Of a stretch of DNA of 64,000 nucleotides, positions 53,467 through 64,000 are shown piece after piece. Made by a program: the position numbers and the translations under genes. Each line of letters begins with the position of its first letter. Positions within the stretch are counted from its first letter, which is position 1. The stretch is from Octopus vulgaris (lineage: Eukaryota). The DNA lies in the NCBI GenBank assembly GCA_951406725.2, contig OX597831.1, forward strand, positions 55,862,001 through 55,926,000. Direction: 5' to 3'. The notes beneath the pieces were generated by a model, which saw nothing but the letters and a program-made list of their open reading frames with translations, did no database searches and was not told where the DNA came from.

Positions 53467-53950
53467 GTATGTATATGTATATATACATATGTATATATAT
53501 ATATATGTATCTATCTATCTATATTATTCCGAATTTGTATAAATGTGTTTAGAATAATATATCAGTGGAATAAAGTTAAATCATGGTCTGATTTTCACGT
53601 TTTTTATTATTGTATTTTTTAAAAAAAACCGTTTTTACAATATCGTGAGGTTTAAGCTGCATGCGGATTGCTCAAAACCGTATTCGAAAGATTCAGCTTG
53701 TTGGAGCCTTCTAAGAGGTATAAAAAGGAAGAGGTCAGTCATTCTACTACAATTGTCAAGAACCCAACTGTCAGTTACGTACATTTTGAAATCTGATGAT
53801 TACTACGAACGTATGAAAGCGCTAATTGAACTTTATGAACATTACAAAATATTTTTTTAATGTTTAACACACTTCAATATTGAAAAAAAAATTTTTTTTA
53901 GTACGATAATAAAAAGCGTGAAAACCAGACTATGTGTTAGCTTTATTCAA

Positions 53951-55378
<1,428 letters not shown>

Positions 55379-55461
55379 ATGTATGTATGTATGTATGTAT
55401 GTATGTATGTATGTATGTATTATGTATGTATGTATGTATGTATGTATGTATGTATGTATGT

Positions 55462-55701
55462 ATAGTTCTATATTTAAGAGATGAGGAATTATGTACATTA
55501 TTTACATTTGACGGATATTTGTCTTCATCTTGTTTGTTGTTAACACAACTTTTCAGCTGATATACCCTCCAGCTTTCATCAGGTGTCTTGGGGAAATTTC
55601 TAACATGGGTTCTTATTCCCACATGCATATGGCGTAGTGGTTAAGAGCGCGGACTACTAACCCCAAAATTCCGAGTTAGATTCCAAGCAGTGATCTGAAT
55701 G

Positions 55702-55773
<72 letters not shown>

Positions 55774-55920
55774 TCGAAAAATACCTTAGGAATGAGAATC
55801 CAGGTTCGAAATTTCCCCAAAACACCTGATGAAGGCTGGAGGGTATATCAGCCGAAACATTGTGTTAACAACAAACAAGACGAGGACAAATATCCGTCAA
55901 ATGTAAATAATGTAAATGAT
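55462..55920 (+). mobile_element. tRNA-headed, hammerhead-tailed SINE-like element with 5' inverted duplication
   Basis: A box TGGCGTAGTGG (55630-55640), B-box-like GTTAGATTCC (55675-55684), (AAT)n, then hammerhead motif 55821-55866; inverted copy of the tail at ~55490-55620. Confidence 0.65.
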
Positions 55921-55961
55921 ATCTATGTATATATACATATATATATACATATATATGTGTT

Positions 55962-55997
<36 letters not shown>

Positions 55998-56039
55998 TGT
56001 GTGAGTGTGTGTATGTATATATGTATATATGTATATATA

Positions 56040-56930
56040 GCCCTCTTAGACATGCCCACGGCCACTCGGACAGCCACTGTCACTAGCTATGCCGATGATA
56101 CAAAATTATGACAGGCAATAAAAAACGAAGATGACGTCGCAAGCTTACAGCGGGACCTGAATTCGATATACAAGTGGGCTGAAATAAACAACATGCAGTT
56201 TAATGCTGGAAAATTTCAAGCACTGCACTATTAACTCACAAATGCACTACATCCTGCATATACAGGACCCAAAGGCACTACAATCCCAGAGTCACAGGTA
56301 ATGAAAGACTTGGGGATCAGTATGTGCAATGACACATCATTTTATATACACATTACCAAGATGGCAGCAAAGTGCCGACAACTGGCAGAATGGATACTGA
56401 TATCCTTCAAGACAAGAGACAAAGAAACTATGTCGACCATGTGGAGAACTTTTGTTCTCAGCCTCCTGGACTAATGCTCCCAGTTATGGTCACACATAGC
56501 TCCAAACTAACAGCGGGGCTTGAACCAGTCCAACGCCACTACACTAAAAATATTGAAACAGTGCAACAGATAAGCTGAGAAAACTGCGACTTAACTCCCT
56601 GGAGCGAAGGCGTGAGATATATGCAATAATTTACATATGGAAAACTCTAGACAAGCTACTGCCGAATTTCGGCATTGAGTGTTATACAAATGCCAGACCT
56701 GGCCGCCATTGCATTGTACCAAAGATACCATCCACTCCTTCTAAATTCATGACCAAGTACTGCAATAGTCTCGGATTCAAAGGTCCACAGCCCTTCAATG
56801 CCCTACCGCAAAAATTAAGAAATCTGCATAAGGTGGAAGTAGATGTCTTCAAAAAGTAACTAGACACCGACATGAGGTGCAGACAAGGGCAGTGGAATCA
56901 AACTCCCCTATACACCAAATGGGCCAACAG
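56040..56930 (+). mobile_element. CR1-like LINE 3' half, pseudogenised
   Basis: YADDTKL, LQRDL..IYKWAE.NNMQFNAGKF, SLERRR. Confidence 0.85.
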
Positions 56931-58998
56931 CTAGGACAAAGACACACACAGGAGTGGTGATCTGAAACACCCTTGAATGAAAAAATCAGAAAGACCACGG
57001 TGGTGCTCCAGCACGACCGCAGTCACATGCCTGAAAAGAGTAAAAGAGTAAGAGCAAAAGTGGGTATATATACAAGCACACACGCGCGTGCGCATACACA
57101 CACATGAGCACACACATATGCAGAGAGAGATAGTGTGAGGAGAGGAATAGCACATATTTAGAATCCAGTCGTTATTGAACTTCCACATCTAAATGGTCCA
57201 TTTAAATATGGTCTGAAAACCATAGAAGATGAAATCATAATTCGGTTTATATTTCTTAATTATTTACATTTTGTACTCTATAAATAAGGCTTTTAATTTT
57301 CACAATATATTTCAAATTTTATTAAAATTAATAACTTGATTTATTGAGCATAATATCTGAATGTTATAAAAGTATAAACGAATCGAAACGTGAAACAATA
57401 AATTATTTTGTGTCTTCGATGATATTTGAAAGTACATTCTAACTTTTCGAAGATATTAATTTTGCTAATGAAGAATCTTAATTGACGAGAGTGTTTCAAT
57501 ATATACTGTCTATAACGCGGCGAGCTGGCAGAATCGTTAGCACGCCAGGCAAAATGCTTAGTTGTATTTTGTATGTCTTCACGTTCTGAGTTCAAATTCC
57601 GCAAAGGTCGACTTGCCTTTCATCCTTTCAGTGTCAATAAAATAAGAGCCAGTTGAATACTGACCCCTTCCACGGAAATTGCTGGTCTTGTGCCAAAATT
57701 TAACATCAATATATACTGCCTATATAATTATATAATTATATATCTGCATTGCTGCTGACCGCTTTAATAAATATGAGTTTACATCAATATAAGCATATTT
57801 AAATATGTTAAAAAATGAAAATAATTTCTCTCTAATGTTGTTTGAAATGCATGCAAACGTTCTGAAGCCATGATTTTAAAATCTCGTACAACTCCTGCAC
57901 AATATTCATGATCCAACATTATTCTAGGACCTCGAAACTTTCACTTTATATATCTGAGTGACATTCTGCGAAATTTGCCAAAAAGCTCCTGCTTGGGAGT
58001 GATGCAAGATATCTTGGAAGAGGCTGTAGTCTCACATTCCTTAAGCAAGACGAGGTGCCTCTTTACCATTTTTTGTGCTTGTTCACTCAATCAACTTTCA
58101 ACAACTATGATATAATCGCCAGGAGTACAACATGGCAAATGATATACTGTGTTTAAGCACAACAAATATATGAAAAAATATACTCACATCTGTACATTGC
58201 CTTAACCTTGCACAGCCTAGTACCTCTGTTAATGTGTGTATGTATTAATGTGCATATGTGTATATATGATTGTGTGTATGTGTGTTAGTGTTTACGTTTA
58301 GGTTATGTACCTACTGGTTCGACTTCAATAAAATACGAACCAGACCTAAAAAGATGAGTACTAGGGGTCGAAGGTGGTGCTCTAGAATGGACGTAGCAGG
58401 TAACTGAAACCAGAAAAGAATAAAAGTAAAAAACGGCTAATATGTGTGTTTATGTCGCCCCAGTATGATTTGAGCAGGCTCATCGTCAGACTTTATGGCC
58501 TGGGTGTGCTTCAGAATATTCTGGGTGGGCACTAATTTGTAATAATGTTAAAGTGGAGTAAATCCAAGGGTGCACCATTGAATAGTGAGGGGGAAGTGCC
58601 GTCCAGTGCAGCAGCCCCTTATCTGAGATAGATGAGGTTGCTGCACGTCGAATGACCACGTTGAGGTTCTCCCTTGGCTCGTACTGATGTCTTATATAAA
58701 TATTGACCTCTGTAACTAGTTTAACTTATAAAAGTTCGTGGTTGGAAATGAAGTTGAAGTACCCTGTTAAATTCACCAGAGATAATTATTGTCAGAAGAG
58801 TATCAGGAAAATAACAACAGAAATGGTTTGGTTCTGGTTTCTTTTTGCAATATAGGAATTTAATATATTGCAATTCGATAATTCTCGTTCATCATTCTTG
58901 ACAGAGAGAATTCGGTAGATTGGCATATAGGTGGTTGTGATAGCAGAGAAAAAACAGTAAAAATATCTCACCACACACACACACACGCACACACACAT

Positions 58999-59053
<55 letters not shown>

Positions 59054-59199
59054 AACACACACACACATACACACAAACATATACACACACACACACACAC
59101 ACGTTAAAACACACACATGATGTGAGTGCATATGCGTATGTACTTGTGTACGCTTGTGTTTAACTTTACACGTATAATTGTGTGTGTGTATATATAAAA

Positions 59200-59242
<43 letters not shown>

Positions 59243-59925
59243 CGCGGGTACTAACTAGACATGTGTATGAGCACGTACGCGCGCGTGTAATCTAAGTATA
59301 ATGAACAATAAAAAACCCGGCAACATAGTCATGTCAAGTTTTAATAAATACGATATTAGCTTAAGGCTTTAATAGAAACAGTGGTAACGTTTCGGATACT
59401 AGTCATTCATCAGAAGAAAGAGAAAAGCTTAGTAATAAAGATTAATAATCATTTAGAGAGAGTAGGAAAAACATACGAAGAGTTAGAAACCAGGTACGAA
59501 TGCTGTTATATGGCGGGGGAGATAAGAAAGGTGGAATGAGTTGGTGTATATAAGCAAGTGTAGGTGTGTATCCGTGCCTGCAAGTCGACATAAGAGGTGA
59601 GTATTCGTGTTTATGTGGAATCTCTGTGTGTAGAGTGCAAATGTGGGAGTACTGTGACGTGGACGCACAAACATTCCCACACATACACATAAGGAAAATA
59701 GTGAGAAAGGGTTGAAAATGCGCGAAATGTTTGTGTGTATGTGTGCATGTATACATATATGCATGCAGACATACATACATACATACATACATACATACAT
59801 ACATACATACATACATACATACATACATACATACGTACATACGTACGTACGTACGTACGTACATACATACATATATATTTCAACGTAGAGTGCTTTATTT
59901 CTGTAACATACGAGATAAATATTTC

Positions 59926-59988
<63 letters not shown>

Positions 59989-60559
59989 CGCAGGAGTGGA
60001 TGTGTGGTAAGTAGCTTGCTAACCAATCACATGGTTCCGGGTTCAGTCCCACTGCGTGGCACCTTGGGCAAGTGTCTTCTGCTATAGCCCCGGGCCGACC
60101 AATGCCTTGTGAGGGGTAGATTTGGTAGACGGAAACTGAAAGAAGCCTGTCGTATATATGTATACATATATATATGTGTGTGTGTGTGTGTTTGTGTGTC
60201 TGTGTTTGTCCCCCTAGCATTGCTTGACAACCGATGCTGGTGTGTTTACGTCCCCGTCAATTAGCGGTTCGGCAAAAAGAGACCGATAGAATAAGTACTG
60301 GGCTTACAAAGAATAAGTCCCGGGGTCGATTTGCTCGACTAAAGGCGGTGCTCCAGCATGGCCGCAGTCAAATGACTGAAACAAGTAAAAGAGTAAAAAA
60401 GAGATATCAAAGAACATCGCATTTTGCGGAAAAAATTCATATAAAAAATCTTACTGAAAATGGAAAATCCCATTTTTATAACCTGTTTACGCTGCTTCCT
60501 GCTTATCAAAAATATAACGTATGTTCTTTAATGCAATTTTAGCCTAGCAAGATACTTGC

Positions 60560-61188
60560 TCCTCTGAAGGGGGTCTTCTAATCCTGATCATTTCATATTG
60601 GTAAATGTCTGAGTCATCAGTTACGAGTTTAGCTTGATGTTGCAAGCCACAGACGACCCTTTCTTCATTCTTTATAGATGATGAGAATCGAAGCTCAAGT
60701 ATTGTCCGATGAATGTGGGCTTGTGATATATAGAAATTGTGAGCCTACACTCTGTTTGAGGTTATTAGCACATCCAAGAAAGCAAGCTTATTATTCGTTT
60801 TCGTTTTGGTTGTAAAACGTGTCAAAGTTTTTATTAAATTCACATGGTCCAGAAGTACATGAGCTTCGTGCTGGTGTCAGCTACGAATTTCGGTCACATG
60901 GTTGACTTAAACGGTGTTTTCCCTAAAACCATTTCTTCAAAGTATTCCATATATATGGTTACTATCCTTCGAGAATGGAAAGTTCATTACTAAAACTTCC
61001 CCATCAATACAAATCAGACTCCATTTGGAAGTATAACACAATTTCAACATCTCTATCTGGTTAACTGGTATGTTCTCCAACTGAAAGACTCTAATTGAGT
61101 TTACCTTTAACCACCGATCGCAACCTTATCTGCAGGAACTTGACGAATAGGCTTACTACATCCAAAGTTACCATCTTGTTTGATAGGT
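60560..61188 (-). pseudogene. Penelope-like element reverse transcriptase remnant
   Basis: In order on the minus strand: [64 protein letters not shown]. These match PLE RT motifs (SFDVxSLF, NIYMExFE, LPFLDVxI, YRKPTxxxxYLxxxSxHP). Confidence 0.8.
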
Positions 61189-61340
61189 AGGAAAGTAGGT
61201 GGGTAGGTAAGTAAGTAGGTAGGTAAGTAGGTAGGTAGATAGGTAGGTAGGTAGGTAGGTAGGTAGGTAGGTAGGTAGGTAGGTGTGCGTGGGGGTAGGT
61301 GGATAGATAGACAGACAGATAGATAGATAGATAGACAGAC

Positions 61341-61421
<81 letters not shown>

Positions 61422-62383
61422 CGACAACTTCCTTGGAGTTTGTCTACCGGTTCTACACAAGAGGTACTAGTCAAGACACCCTTCTCTGTGGGAGCCAACG
61501 CAGTACAACGTAGTTGCGAGAGCGAACTTCTTAACTACATAACAATCCTTGCGCAGATGTTGAAATTACATGTTAGAAAAAAGAAAGAAAAAAAAACTAA
61601 CTAAAACAAGAACCGGAAGATATTTTACTGATTTAGTTTTTTTTTTCATATATATTATTTTGTTATATTTTATTTTATTTCAGTGGAAGAAACAAGTGAA
61701 TCACAAGTAATCTAGAAGAAATTTATATTAGTTCTTTAGTGTCATGCACGATTAAAATATATTTGTTTTACTGTCAGTATTTGGCAGTCTTGCACAATTA
61801 GAATAGTTTGTTATTATGTTATTTGGCAGTTTTTATCCCATTTTACGTGCATATCTAACAATTTCGATATGGCAAACTGACAGGAAACTCAATCAAACAG
61901 ACACATACACATGTGCATATGTATACACACACACATATATGTATGTAATTACACATACACATATGTGTGTTTGCGTGTTTGCGTGCGTGCGAGCGTGTAT
62001 GTATCTATGCGTGCATGCGTGTGTGTGTGTTTGGATTTGTAGGTTTGAGGAAAGAATACTCGATACAGATGTAGAGTGTAATTATTTTTTCTTATGCTGT
62101 TTCTATTCATATTTCCCTTGTCACTGATCACGTAACTGAATTCTGAAACATAAAATACTCTATTTATAACAAAAACAATAGAGGTGGGTAGTCAATGAAA
62201 TTTTGAAAAGTATAAAAGAAATATTTTTATCTTTTACATGTTTCCGTCATTGAACTGCGGCGATGCTGGAGCACCTAATCGGAAAAATATGCTCTTGCCG
62301 CAGAGTCAATCGTAGAATGACTAAATATGTATGCGTCGTGGATTTCAAATTATTTTAAATATCCTTGATTGTAAAATTCCTGT

Positions 62384-62475
62384 ATTCATCTGCAGAAAAT
62401 GGGGGTTTTTTTATAATGATATAATGTACTCATTGATCAATATTAAAAAATTCGTTAGAAACGGCTGTAATGAAT
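62384..62475 (+). ncRNA. type I hammerhead-like motif (A6C core variant)
   Basis: AUUCAU-CUGCAGA-aAAUGGG...UUCGUUa-GAAAC-GGCU-GUA^AUGAAU; perfect 6-bp stem I. Confidence 0.65.
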
Positions 62476-63307
62476 TGACACCTATCCATCAGTAGTTATA
62501 TATGTGTGTATATATATAGAGGAAGCACTCCGTCGGTTACGACGATGAGGGTTCCGGTTGATCCGAATCAACGGAACAGCCTGCTCGTGAAATTAACGTG
62601 TAAGTGGCTGAGCACTCCACAGACACGTGCACCCTTAACGTAGTTCTCGGGGATATTCAGCGTGACTGAGAGAGTGACAAGGCCGGCCCCTTGAAATATA
62701 CAGGTACAACAGAAACAGGAAGTAAGAGTGAGAGAAAGTTGTGGTGAAAGAGTACAGCAGGGATCACCACCATCCCCTGCCGGAGCCTTGTGGAGCTTTT
62801 TTAGTATATATATATACACACAGACTCACACACACGAACACTTATGTATGTATATATATATTTTTTTATTCTTACACATGTTTCAGTCCTAAGGCAGTGG
62901 ACACGATGCCAGGATGCAGCCGTTTACTTAACATGCAGGAATTGAACACCAATGCTGTATATCTTAAATTACCTCTAACGAGATTCACCTTTCAATTAAT
63001 ATTTAATTTTATTAATTAATTTTCTGAAGGTCTTGAATTGAAACAGCTGTAAGGGATGTTTGTCAGTTTTTAAATTAATAAATAATAATGTATCAATTAT
63101 CTCTCTATTTTCTTAGCTTGTTATGATAAATGAATATAAACCATGGTTTATATAGTTAATGTAACTAATCAGTACTTTCATAGGATTTTGCTATCTCTCA
63201 ATAAGGTTTGTAACCTTTATTTGCACTTACACACACACACACACATACGCACGCACACACACACACACATATATGCATCCTGCATTTTGCTGATGTTTGA
63301 GTATGTG

Positions 63308-63385
<78 letters not shown>

Positions 63386-63456
63386 CATATACATATACAT
63401 ATGTATATACATATACATATGTATATACATATATACATATATATATACATATATAT

Positions 63457-63512
<56 letters not shown>

Positions 63513-63550
63513 AGGGGAGATAAGCACCTCCACCCAGAAAAACCAGCAAT

Positions 63551-63589
63551 CAGAGACTAGTTTCAGTGTCATTACTCTTCATCGGTCTG
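63551..63589 (-). ncRNA. minimal type I hammerhead-like motif (U4C core variant)
   Basis: CAGA-CCGAUGA-AGAGU AAUG ACACU-GAAAC-UA-GUC^UCUG; palindrome ACUAGU. Confidence 0.65.
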
Positions 63590-63675
63590 GAGTAGCTTGG
63601 CTTGCTAGCTGTCGATGCTTAGTCACCTTTGAAAACACACGGCCTCATTAAATTCAAGTGAAATAAATTCACTGA

Positions 63676-63731
<56 letters not shown>

Positions 63732-63755
63732 CATGTGTATATATATATTTATATG

Positions 63756-63912
<157 letters not shown>

Positions 63913-63924
63913 TGTATGTATGTG

Positions 63925-63962
<38 letters not shown>

Positions 63963-64000
63963 TACCTTTTTTTTTCTTGAAAATCGCTGCGTACTGACAG

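Noticed and set aside
53793-53820. CTGATGA...GAACGTA as a hammerhead
   Set aside because: Lacks GAAA, and neither stem I nor stem II pairs.
55625-55700. Functional tRNA gene (also the many SINE heads)
   Set aside because: A/B boxes only; no complete cloverleaf with a paired acceptor stem, and the heads continue into repeat bodies.

Overview
AT-rich, microsatellite-saturated animal genomic DNA. The tRNA-derived SINE families and (AT)n/(GT)n/(AAT)n load are most consistent with an octopus/coleoid cephalopod genome (inference). One host gene is recoverable by hand: the last three coding exons (2175-2231, 43743-43816, 49472-49909, + strand; introns of 41.5 kb and 5.7 kb) of a RERG/RASL11/RASL12-type Ras-like GTPase. 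It has atypical switch motifs (YHPLLE without the Thr35 equivalent; DTAWK instead of DTAGQ) and no CAAX box; its P-loop exon appears to lie upstream of the window. The rest is transposon debris: mariner, Tigger, piggyBac-type MITE, Helitron-like units, R4/Dong, Tx1/L1, CR1-like, RTE, a Penelope RT remnant and many SINEs. The most striking unannotated signal is a population of about a dozen type I hammerhead-ribozyme motifs with minimal palindromic stem III. They sit in short, mutually dissimilar (AT)n-embedded elements with inverted or tandem terminal duplications typical of Penelope-like retroelements. They include a fully canonical copy (52014-52101, -), recurrent U4C and A6C core variants, and a tRNA-headed, hammerhead-tailed SINE-like element (55462-55920). 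All folding and alignment was done by eye; nearly all ORFs in the supplied track are microsatellite or repeat artefacts.
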